Below, piece after piece: positions 15,698 to 23,695 of a DNA stretch of 23,695 bases. The notes beneath the pieces are model-generated. The model did no database searches. It saw only the letters and a list, made by a program, of their open reading frames with translations, and was not told the DNA's origin. The first letter of the stretch is position 1. Each line of letters begins with the position of its first letter. Source of the stretch: Thermoproteota archaeon (GTDB lineage Archaea; Korarchaeota; Korarchaeia; Korarchaeales; Korarchaeaceae). The translations under genes and the position numbers were made by a program. The stretch spans positions 1 to 23,695 of the forward strand of contig JAOZFI010000032.1 of assembly GCA_027491395.1 (NCBI GenBank), in the 5' to 3' direction.

Positions 15698-16980
15698 TGA
15701 TCTCTAGGGACCTGCTCCCCCTTTTCAACACTTGGTGGAGAGATGGAAGCGTCAGGGAGGATATAGCAAAACCCTACCGAAGGAAAATCTTTATCGAGGT
15801 AGTAAGGGGGTTGGATCTCAGGCAAATTCAGCTGATCACCGGTCTCAGAAGGGTGGGCAAGTCCACCCTCCTCTACCAGCTCGTGGACCATCTCATTGGT
15901 AGGGGAGTCCAGCCAAGGCGCATAGTCTACTACTCCTTCGATGTCGCCGAGGATGGAATATTGGAAATCCTGAGATCATATTCTCAACTCACCGGAGTTG
16001 ACTGGAGATCTGAAAGGGTATATCTCCTCCTAGACGAGATTCAAAAGGTCGATGGATGGTCCTCATGGTTGAAGACAATCTACGACTCCCATCCGAACCT
16101 CAAGATCTTCGTGAGTGGGTCTTCAAGCCTCCACTTGGAAGAAGACGCTCAGAGGAACCTAGCTGGGAGGTACATCGTACACAAGGTTGAACCTCTATCG
16201 CTTATCGAGTTCTTCGAGCTGAAGACAGGTAGAACAGTCGATAACCCTGATCTCTGGAGGGATGATCTCCTAGCTGTGCTTGAAGAGTACCTCAGGAAAC
16301 CTTTCCCCGAGGTAGTCAATTGGAGCGATGTCCTTGCACTGACCTATGTAAGGGAGAGCGTGCTGGAGAAGGTGATGGCCTCGGATCTCTCTGCTCGTGG
16401 ACTCGACAGGTTCAGAACATACGAGATCCTATCTCTCCTCTTTTCTGAACCCGGTCTTTACCTCAATGTGAACTCGCTAGCTGGAGAGTTCGGGATGAGC
16501 AAGAAGACCCTCTACAAATACTTGGGATACATGGAGGATTCCTACCTTATCAGGATCCTGAGGAACTACAGACCTTCAGTCAGGGCCAGTTCTAGGAAGA
16601 TGAAAAGGATCTATCCATACCACTGGTCCCTACTCTACGGATTGGTACCGAAGACTGAGAGGGGAGCCCTGCTCGAGTCGGTTGCGGCCTCATTACTGAA
16701 CGCCGTCTACTACTGGAGGGAGGGGATGAGAGAGGTAGATTTCATCGTGGTAGACAGGAATTCTACCATGCCCATCGAGGTAAAAGCGAGGACCTCACTT
16801 AGAAGGGATGATCTGGGGAATCTAGCTTTCTTCATGGGTAGATATGGAATCAAAGAGGGTTTTCTGATCTACATGGGTGATGACGGTGTGGAGAAGCTCG
16901 ATGAAGGGATTGTGAGACTGATATCTCTACTAAACTTATGTATCTCGGGTAGAAAGGTTCTTATGACAAGGAGGTATTGA
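15697..16980 (+). CDS. AAA+ ATPase (AAA_14 + DUF4143) with wHTH and a C-terminal PD-(D/E)xK-like domain
   Basis: Walker A GLRRVGKS, Walker B LLLDEIQ, SGSS, LAGR, HTH NSLAGEFGMSKKTLYKYL, LES...EVDF...PIEVK. Confidence 0.92.
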   Translation: MISRDLLPLFNTWWRDGSVREDIAKPYRRKIFIEVVRGLDLRQIQLITGLRRVGKSTLLYQLVDHLIGRGVQPRRIVYYSFDVAEDGILEILRSYSQLTGVDWRSERVYLLLDEIQKVDGWSSWLKTIYDSHPNLKIFVSGSSSLHLEEDAQRNLAGRYIVHKVEPLSLIEFFELKTGRTVDNPDLWRDDLLAVLEEYLRKPFPEVVNWSDVLALTYVRESVLEKVMASDLSARGLDRFRTYEILSLLFSEPGLYLNVNSLAGEFGMSKKTLYKYLGYMEDSYLIRILRNYRPSVRASSRKMKRIYPYHWSLLYGLVPKTERGALLESVAASLLNAVYYWREGMREVDFIVVDRNSTMPIEVKARTSLRRDDLGNLAFFMGRYGIKEGFLIYMGDDGVEKLDEGIVRLISLLNLCISGRKVLMTRRY

Positions 16981-17263
16981 AATTTTTCGCGCTTTTCACG
17001 GACGACTGGGTCCAGACATCTCTCATCAGATCAAGTACCTCAGCCACCGTGATTTCGGGACTCGCTGCCAGCTCGCGAGACAGAGAGGATATGAATCTTA
17101 AGCAAATCCTCGGCTTATCATTGACCTGAGGAGGTGGGTGAGCTCGCCCTCCCCTACTGGCTCGCTGACCGCTCGTTCCAGCATAGGTGGGTGAGAGGGC
17201 ATCCCCCACCTACCAGACGATAGAGTCGGACTAGATCTGACTATAATAAAAGTGGACTGGAAG

Positions 17264-18484
17264 CTATCTCCTCCTCTTGATGAGTAGCACTGCAAGCAAG
17301 GCCAGCACGCCAGCGAGCCCTCCTAGCGGGAGGAGGAAGTCCTCACTAGGCTCCTCCACCACCGAGGTTACGGTGACAACGGTCTGAGCCTGAGATGATT
17401 GTGGTGGAGATGGTGAGGACGAGGGCTTGCTGCTCGTCTCTGCATTCCCTCCCGGGATCGAGGTAGATGGGATGGTAGATCCCGTGCCCATAGCGCCCGT
17501 GCTGGAGCTAGTGCTTCTCCTCACCAGCACTGAAAAGTCGGCCCTCTCCTCAATGTCCCCTGACCTCACAACGAGGGCCATGTCGAACCTCCCGTAGGAG
17601 AGGGGATGGGTGAATACCTTCAACTTGTAGCAGTTCCCCGCCCTTGATACGACGTACCTGTAGCCGGTTGGAAGACCCTCCAATCTGAAGCTTGGGTTGT
17701 CAAGATCTATGCACAGATCAAAATGAGCCACATCGCCTGCATCGACCTCTTCAAAGCTGGGGTTAAGTGAGAGGCCCCTGCTTGTGGTCGATCCCTGGAT
17801 CTCGGATTGTCGGGTTTCCGTATCCATGCCTGTGGTAGTCCCGCTTCCATGGATAGGGGGTGAGGTAGTCGACTTCGCTGTCGAGGTGGGGCTGAACCAA
17901 GGCGGTAGAGTGGGGGGGATTGTAGGGAGAGGATGAATCAACGTAGTAAATGTGGACGTAGTAGTGGGACCACTACATGTTACAGTAACGGTCTCCCCTC
18001 CAGCTTCTCCCAGATTAGCCTGCCTCTTGCTATAGGTTACGTAAAGTCTGTATTTCAAACTAGGATGGCATTCGCGAATGTGCGCGGTTGCCCAGATCTC
18101 CCCGGTGCCTTGCTTAGCCCCCGCTCCCGCATTAAGATTGCTTCTCTCGTCACTCGCCTGATTCGCGGGCAGATCGGTGATTGTGTATACCCTGCTCTCG
18201 GCCGTGTAGGTACCCTTCTCGTTCACCCGCGCATGTACATTAAGGAAGACAAGCGAGTTCGAGGGAACGGTTACCGAGTGCGGTATATCGTTTCCCACAG
18301 CATCCGTTTCAGTACCATCTGGATATCTGATTACAAACAGGAAGGTGAACTCTACGGGCCTAATATCTCCACGATCCTCATCTAGGGTAAGGGTGATTCT
18401 CCGGGAGACCTCCGGATGGTCGGCCCGGGCTCCTATCATAGGAGCTGACAAGATAAGAAGTAGAATGGCTACTTCCAAACGCAT
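17264..18484 (-). CDS. Secreted, C-terminally anchored Ser/Thr-rich cell-surface protein
   Basis: N-terminal signal peptide, two beta-rich domains each with two Cys, two S/T/P-rich linkers, C-terminal TM helix plus KRRR. Confidence 0.8.
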   Translation of the reverse strand: MRLEVAILLLILSAPMIGARADHPEVSRRITLTLDEDRGDIRPVEFTFLFVIRYPDGTETDAVGNDIPHSVTVPSNSLVFLNVHARVNEKGTYTAESRVYTITDLPANQASDERSNLNAGAGAKQGTGEIWATAHIRECHPSLKYRLYVTYSKRQANLGEAGGETVTVTCSGPTTTSTFTTLIHPLPTIPPTLPPWFSPTSTAKSTTSPPIHGSGTTTGMDTETRQSEIQGSTTSRGLSLNPSFEEVDAGDVAHFDLCIDLDNPSFRLEGLPTGYRYVVSRAGNCYKLKVFTHPLSYGRFDMALVVRSGDIEERADFSVLVRRSTSSSTGAMGTGSTIPSTSIPGGNAETSSKPSSSPSPPQSSQAQTVVTVTSVVEEPSEDFLLPLGGLAGVLALLAVLLIKRRR

Positions 18485-18666
18485 GACGCTCGTTGAAAGT
18501 CCTTCTATATTTTTTTAAATTTATAGTTTATAAACTGATTACGCGACATTGCTGTTGGTTCGATATACAGGAGATCCTAGCAGAGCGGAGTAATCTCAAT
18601 CCTAAAGCTTCTCTCGTCACTCACCTGAATAGAATAATCTACCAAAGAAATGAGATGAGGAAAGGA

Positions 18667-19296
18667 TCATATATTGACCTCTAGTCCAGGTATCTTCACC
18701 TTCTCATATATCCAGTCGAAAATTTTCATAGATACAGTGATCCATATGAAATATATTGCAGAAGCAAATAGGTAGACTTCCAGTGGCCTGAAGGTCTGAG
18801 CAGCTATGCTCTTGGATATGTTGGTCAGCTCCCTGATGCCGAGAACTATTAGAGCAGAGGTACTTAGTCCTAGAGAAATGTACTCGTTCGTCCAAGGTGG
18901 TATGACTATCCTGAGAGCCTGGGGGAGGACCACATACCTCAGAGTCTGCCTGAAGGTCATCCCTAGCGATTTAGCAGCCATCAGCTGGTCCTTGAAAACG
19001 GCCTCTATTGCTCCCTTGAAGTAACCCTTCTGATAGGCCCCGCTGTTCAACATGAGTGTCACGGCACCGGCGGTGAAAGCATCCCAGTTAAGTCCGGTAA
19101 GGGCCGGAATGGAGAAGTAGAAGAAGAGAAGCTGGACTATCAGAGGACTCCCCCTGAAGAACTCCACGTAGCCAGCGATCACCACTTTCATCAGCTTAGT
19201 ACCGTAGACATCCCCGAGAGCAGAGAGTATTCCCAGCGCGAAACCCCCAGCCAGTCCTAGGAAGGTCATCTCAACCGTGGTGAGGAATCCTTCCAC
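18667..19296 (-). CDS. Polar amino acid ABC transporter permease (frame extends upstream to CTG 19350/19368)
   Basis: YVEFFRGSPLIVQL, LNSGAY, QLMAAKSLGMT, VVLPQALR; the upstream in-frame DPLSFIISFVTEYYPFI looks like a normal N-terminus. Confidence 0.92.
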   Translation of the reverse strand: MEGFLTTVEMTFLGLAGGFALGILSALGDVYGTKLMKVVIAGYVEFFRGSPLIVQLLFFYFSIPALTGLNWDAFTAGAVTLMLNSGAYQKGYFKGAIEAVFKDQLMAAKSLGMTFRQTLRYVVLPQALRIVIPPWTNEYISLGLSTSALIVLGIRELTNISKSIAAQTFRPLEVYLFASAIYFIWITVSMKIFDWIYEKVKIPGLEVNI

Positions 19297-19364
19297 GATA
19301 AAGGGATAGTACTCGGTAACGAAGCTGATAATGAAGGATAGGGGATCCAGTGGCGCTGCCGTCT

Positions 19365-20108
19365 TCAGACCCCCCCGATGAGCCTCCTTAAGAACTCTCT
19401 AGCCCTAGGAGTCTTCGGATTCTTCAAGAGTTCCTCCGGAGGACCTGACTCTATTATGCGCCCGTCATCCATGAACAGGATCTCATCGGCCACCTCCTTC
19501 GCGAACCCGAGCTCGTGAGTGACCACTAGCATGGTGACACCCCTTCTGGCTAGGTCCTTCATTACATCGATTACCTCCCAAGTGAGCTCTATGTCCAGAG
19601 AGGCGGTGGGCTCATCGAACAGTATTATGTCCGGATCCATCGCCAAGGCCCTAGCTATACCCACCCGCTGCTGCTGTCCGCCGGAGAGCTGGGCCGGGTA
19701 ATGATGGGACCACTCCTCCAACCTGACCGTTTTAAGGGCCTCCAAGGCCTTCCTCTCTGCCTCGTCATCCTTCATCTTGAGGACGACCTTGGGACCGAGT
19801 TTCACATTCCCCAATGCCGTGAGGTGCCTGAAGAGGCTCGGTTCTTGGAAAACGAAGCCTATCTTCGCTCTTATCATGTTCAGGTCCAGTCCGGAGCCGT
19901 ATACATCCTTCCCCTCGAAGTATATTTTACCCTCGGTCGGTGGCTCTAGTAAGCCCATCAGCCTTAGGAAGGTGGACTTGCCGGACCCGCTGGGCCCGAT
20001 TATCACCTTGGTCTGCCCCTTCTCTATCTCGAAGTCAATACCCTTGAGGACCCACAGGCCCCCATACCTCTTTTTCAACCCCTCACACGCGAGAACTACC
20101 TCGCCCAT
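19365..20108 (-). CDS. Polar amino acid ABC transporter ATP-binding protein (GlnQ-like)
   Basis: GPSGSGKS, GFVFQ, LSGGQQQRV, ILFDEPT, VVTHE. Confidence 0.95.
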   Translation of the reverse strand: MGEVVLACEGLKKRYGGLWVLKGIDFEIEKGQTKVIIGPSGSGKSTFLRLMGLLEPPTEGKIYFEGKDVYGSGLDLNMIRAKIGFVFQEPSLFRHLTALGNVKLGPKVVLKMKDDEAERKALEALKTVRLEEWSHHYPAQLSGGQQQRVGIARALAMDPDIILFDEPTASLDIELTWEVIDVMKDLARRGVTMLVVTHELGFAKEVADEILFMDDGRIIESGPPEELLKNPKTPRAREFLRRLIGGV

Positions 20109-20112
20109 CGAA

Positions 20113-20766
20113 TCACCTCAAACCGTACTTTGTCTTCAGCCTCGACCCGAGCCTGTCGAGGTAATTGGCCACCGGGAAGGTGATCAGGATGTACAGGATG
20201 GCCGCTATCAGGTAGGGGTAAAGGAAGGATCTGGTCGCCTTCCTCACTATATCCGAATACTTGGTCAGTTCTAGGACGCCCAATACGAATGCATAGGATG
20301 AGTCCTTTATCAGCAAAGCTATCTCACTGCCCAGCCCAGGGAGGGCCACTATGAAGGCTTGTGGAAGGATCACATACCTGAATGCCTGCCACCTGTTCAT
20401 TCCCAAGGAGGTGGCCGCCATCATCTGCTGCCTACCCACGGAATTTATCGCACCCCTGAATATCTGGGACTGAAAGGCGCCGCTCCTTAATCCTAGGGCG
20501 AATGTAGCGGATAGGAAAGCGCTCTTAAACATGGGGATTATCCCTGCCATACCGAAGTGGAAGAGGAGCATTATCACTAGAACGGGGATCCCCCTCATGA
20601 TGCTAATGTATGCATCGGCCACGTACCCCAGACCGTATGGGGAAAACTGCTTGACTATGGCTGTAGGTATACCAAGGGCGAAACCTAGAGCGAACGAGAG
20701 GAAAGAAATCGCCAGAGTATTGGGTACCCCTTGAAGTAAAAAAAGAAAGTTCTCGAGGGTGAACAA
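20113..20766 (-). CDS. Polar amino acid ABC transporter permease
   Basis: YISIMRGIPVLV, LRSGAFQSQIFRG, QMMAATSLGM, ILPQA, LIKDSS. Confidence 0.93.
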   Translation of the reverse strand: MFTLENFLFLLQGVPNTLAISFLSFALGFALGIPTAIVKQFSPYGLGYVADAYISIMRGIPVLVIMLLFHFGMAGIIPMFKSAFLSATFALGLRSGAFQSQIFRGAINSVGRQQMMAATSLGMNRWQAFRYVILPQAFIVALPGLGSEIALLIKDSSYAFVLGVLELTKYSDIVRKATRSFLYPYLIAAILYILITFPVANYLDRLGSRLKTKYGLR

Positions 20767-20798
20767 AGCCTGACCTCCCTCAACTTACCTTGCCTCTC

Positions 20799-21740
20799 TC
20801 AGCCCTTGGGCACTCCCCACTTATCGGCTATTTCGTCGATCTTCGCGTTGGCGTACATCTCAGCTAGGATGCCGTCGATCTCCTTCATCAGGTCGATGGC
20901 ATCCTTGTGTAGGACGAAGGCCACGGGCCAGTAACTCCTGCTGTACACCACCTTCAGCGGCACCTCGGAGGTGGAATTCCAGTAGGTGGTGATCGGGGTC
21001 TCCGCGTAAACGGCATCTATGGTTCCCTTCTTCATGTCCTCGAGGGCCACCTCGAAGTCCGGATAGGACTTCACCTGCGAGGACTTCAACTTGCCCTGCT
21101 TCACCAGCTGGAGCAGCTCGTCCTCCTCGGTGGTCCCGCTACCAGTTCCTATCACCAAGTTGTACTTGAACGCCTCCTCCAACGAACCAAGCGTGGTTAT
21201 GCCCAGCTCCTTGGCCTTGGGCTCTAGCATTATGAGCTGGACCTTGGTTATGTGAATCGGCATGGTGAACAGGACCTCCTTCAGCCTCTCGGGAGTGACT
21301 GAGAAGCCGCTGACTCCCATGTCGACCTCCTTGTTCTTGACCGCTTGGATTATAGCGTCGAAGTCCATGGGTTTCCACTCAACCCTGACCCCCAGCTTCT
21401 TCGCCACTTCCTCCATTATGTCGACCTCGTAACCCACTATTTTGTTTGTCTTGGGGTCAATGAACTCGAACGGTGGCCAGTCAGGTGAGGTGGCCACGAC
21501 TATCTTGCCCTTCTTCTTTATCTCTGCTAGCACTCCTCCTGGTGCAGCTCCAGCCTGCGTTACCGTCTTCGTTACCGTTTGAGTAACGGTCTTCGCCCCG
21601 GGAGCGCCCTGAGTGATGGTGTTCGTAACTGTGACGGTCTTGACCTCTGCTGGGGCGCTCGGCTTCGCAACGTAGCCCACCGCGGCACCTATTATGAAGG
21701 CCACAATCAGACCTATGGCTAAAACTCCCTTGGAATCCAT
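20799..21740 (-). CDS. Polar amino acid ABC transporter substrate-binding protein (family 3), N-terminally anchored
   Basis: Start moved to MDSKG (ATG 21740, GGAGGTG RBS); N-terminal TM, Thr-rich linker with repeated KTVT, ATSPDWPPFEF, GFSVTPER. Confidence 0.92.
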   Translation of the reverse strand: MDSKGVLAIGLIVAFIIGAAVGYVAKPSAPAEVKTVTVTNTITQGAPGAKTVTQTVTKTVTQAGAAPGGVLAEIKKKGKIVVATSPDWPPFEFIDPKTNKIVGYEVDIMEEVAKKLGVRVEWKPMDFDAIIQAVKNKEVDMGVSGFSVTPERLKEVLFTMPIHITKVQLIMLEPKAKELGITTLGSLEEAFKYNLVIGTGSGTTEEDELLQLVKQGKLKSSQVKSYPDFEVALEDMKKGTIDAVYAETPITTYWNSTSEVPLKVVYSRSYWPVAFVLHKDAIDLMKEIDGILAEMYANAKIDEIADKWGVPKG

Positions 21741-22010
21741 AAGAACACCTCCTTTTGTTTTTGGACGAACCGCTCTAATATTAAGCTTCCGCATTTATCT
21801 CAGATCCTACGATAGATTAAGATTATTGCAAATCGGTACGAGGATGGAAATCGTGGAAAAGATGCCGTGGTGACTCGATAGAACCTCTTAATTGTTCTTA
21901 TGCGAGAAATAACTGAATTTACGCGTATTACCGACTGGAAATTCTACATCAATGAGTCATTATGTCATCGCAACTGAACATATTTATTTTCGGTCAGGTA
22001 TGAAGGGGAG

Positions 22011-22589
22011 ATGCCGGACATCTTCGATGTAATGGCGAGGCGTAGGTCCGTTAGGAGATATTCCAGTGAAGAAGTGAGCGAAGAGGACTTGAACCTGATA
22101 CTGGAGGCTGCATGCTCCGCTCCTTCAGCTGGTAATCTTCAGGCCTATGAGATAGTCGTGATAAGGGATAGGGAGAGGAGAGTTGGGCTGGCCAAGGCAT
22201 CTCTAAATCAGATGTTCATGGCCCAGGCACCAGTGCACTTAGTCTTCCTAGCCTATCCCGAGAGGTCCGCAGCCATTTATGGGAGGAGAGGAGCTAGGCT
22301 CTACTCGCTGCAGGACGCCACCATAGCTGCCACATTCGCTATGCTTGCAGCCCATGCTTTGGGCTACGGGACCTGCTGGGTGGGAGCATTTCGCGATCAG
22401 GATGTGTTGAGAATAGTGGAGGCTCCCAGAAACAGGATTCCAGTGGCTATAATCACTGTGGGGAAACCCGAGGGACTGGAACATACCACCCCTCGCCTCA
22501 AGATGGGGTCCTTCGTCTTTGAGGAGATTCACGGTAGGCCTTTCAATCACATAACCGTGATGAGGAAGTTAATCAGACCGGGTTGCTAA
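22011..22589 (+). CDS. Nitroreductase-family flavoprotein
   Basis: RRSVRRY, APSAGNLQ, QDATIAA..AMLAAHALGYGTCWVGAF. Confidence 0.93.
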   Translation: MPDIFDVMARRRSVRRYSSEEVSEEDLNLILEAACSAPSAGNLQAYEIVVIRDRERRVGLAKASLNQMFMAQAPVHLVFLAYPERSAAIYGRRGARLYSLQDATIAATFAMLAAHALGYGTCWVGAFRDQDVLRIVEAPRNRIPVAIITVGKPEGLEHTTPRLKMGSFVFEEIHGRPFNHITVMRKLIRPGC

Positions 22590-22608
22590 TGAGGAGTGAG
22601 CTGACTGA
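22557..22608 (+). ncRNA. Candidate C/D-box sRNA overlapping the nitroreductase stop codon
   Basis: C box GTGATGA, 10 nt, D' CAGA, 11 nt, C' ATGAGGA, 9 nt, D CTGA; 52 nt in total; guides are shorter than typical. Confidence 0.35.
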
Positions 22609-22648
22609 TTAGGAATGTTTAATTGGAGGAAATGTCCCATTCCACCGG

Positions 22649-23071
22649 ATGTTCGACTGGGAGGAGTACAGGAGGTGGATCGCTCAGGCGGAGCACACGC
22701 TCAGGTCAATTGAAGCAGATATCAGGAACGGTAGCTTCGACTGGGCGTGTTTCAAGGCTCAACAGGCTGCCGAACTAGCCCTCAAGGCCCTCCTGAGGGG
22801 GGCTGGGAGGGAGGCCTTCGGCCACGATCTCAGGAAGCTACACGAAGAGTTCAAGGAGATATGCGGCTACGACTTCGAGGGGGAGGTCCTTCACTTGAGT
22901 AAGTTCTACATACCGGCCAGATATCCTGATACCTTCCCTGGAGGATCTCCCTACGAATTCTTCAGCTTGAGGGATGCCGAAACTGCCCTTGATATGGCGA
23001 GGAGGGTTCTGGAGGGGGTGAAGAGGTGTGCATCGAGGATTGAGGAAATTGCTGGAGAGGAGGAGAGATGA
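22649..23071 (+). CDS. HEPN-domain protein
   Basis: WIAQAEHTL, WACFKAQQAAELALKA, GHDL, YIPARYPD. Confidence 0.93.
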   Translation: MFDWEEYRRWIAQAEHTLRSIEADIRNGSFDWACFKAQQAAELALKALLRGAGREAFGHDLRKLHEEFKEICGYDFEGEVLHLSKFYIPARYPDTFPGGSPYEFFSLRDAETALDMARRVLEGVKRCASRIEEIAGEEER

Positions 23072-23396
23072 GAGAAGGGCGATTATCGAAGAGGCTGTGG
23101 AGCTATCCAATAAGCTGAAAGAGAGGCTGGGAGAGGTTACGATCGTGCTATACGGCAGTTACGCTAGGGGCGACTTTAACCTATGGAGCGATGTGGACTT
23201 GATCGTCATATCGGACGCCTTTGTGGGGGTACCATTCCTCGAGAGGGTGGACCTGATAGTCGATCTCCTTCCTCCCAGATTCGAGGTAAGGTGTTTAACA
23301 CCCCAAGAAGCCCTTTCCCAATTTGAGAAAACTTGGTGGAGGAAGATACTGAGGGAGGCTGTGGTAGTGAGGGATGATCTCCACCTCCTGAGCTGA
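23028..23396 (+). CDS. Minimal nucleotidyltransferase (MNT) partner of the HEPN protein
   Basis: LYGSYARGDFNLWSDVDLIVI (GS-x10-DxD); overlaps the HEPN 3' end. Confidence 0.93.
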   Translation: MHRGLRKLLERRRDERRAIIEEAVELSNKLKERLGEVTIVLYGSYARGDFNLWSDVDLIVISDAFVGVPFLERVDLIVDLLPPRFEVRCLTPQEALSQFEKTWWRKILREAVVVRDDLHLLS

Positions 23397-23695
23397 GGCT
23401 CTCGGCAGTCACCCAACTTCCCCATTCAACTATCCATCCAGCACTCCAGAACCTGTTATGTGCAGTTCGGGTTTTTACCGCTTGCTTAATCCGGGGATCC
23501 TAGGATCGTGTCTAGCGGTGAAGCCCTCACAATTGTCGAAAATCGGTTAATTCTTAGGTGAATCGAGGGCCATGAGGAACCCTCCCTTCAAGGGGACGTT
23601 ATGGAGCTTTGGCTATGGTGGGAAATGATCGAGGTATATCCGCTATCTCGATGAATTGATGGTGGGTATTATCCTTACATCCAGCTTGTCCGCCA

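Noticed and set aside
21540-21645. KTVT repeats in the substrate-binding protein
   Set aside because: An ordinary Thr-rich linker of archaeal membrane-anchored binding proteins

Overview
An archaeal chromosomal window, judged from GGTGA/GGAGG ribosome-binding sites, TATA-box promoters, AGG/ATA-rich codon usage and thermophile-type proteins. A Korarchaeia/Thermoproteota-like host is an inference only. In order, it contains: a membrane protein; a tungsten-type aldehyde:ferredoxin oxidoreductase; an AbrB-VapC toxin-antitoxin pair; an operon with an ECF S-component-like protein and two radical SAM/SPASM enzymes (AhbC/NirJ-like and TIGR04053-like); a frameshifted DUF2099 (methanogenesis marker 8-like) gene; a long minus-strand run (4xCBS protein, TusA-like protein, membrane protein, SufS, AhpE-type peroxiredoxin, large YeeE/YedE transporter, two paralogous membrane proteins, ZIP transporter); an orphan AbrB; an AAA+/DUF4143 ATPase; a Ser/Thr-rich surface protein; a polar amino acid ABC transporter; a nitroreductase; and a HEPN-MNT pair. 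The most notable signal is the YeeE protein, whose two halves appear in reversed order (circular permutation), inside a putative sulfur-trafficking cluster with an atypical TusA. Also notable are the tandem SPASM enzymes lacking AuxI cysteines next to a lone S-component, three probable CTG starts, several operator-like palindromes and a candidate C/D-box sRNA. No rRNA, tRNA, CRISPR array or intact mobile element was seen. All family calls come from motif recognition by eye; no searches were run.
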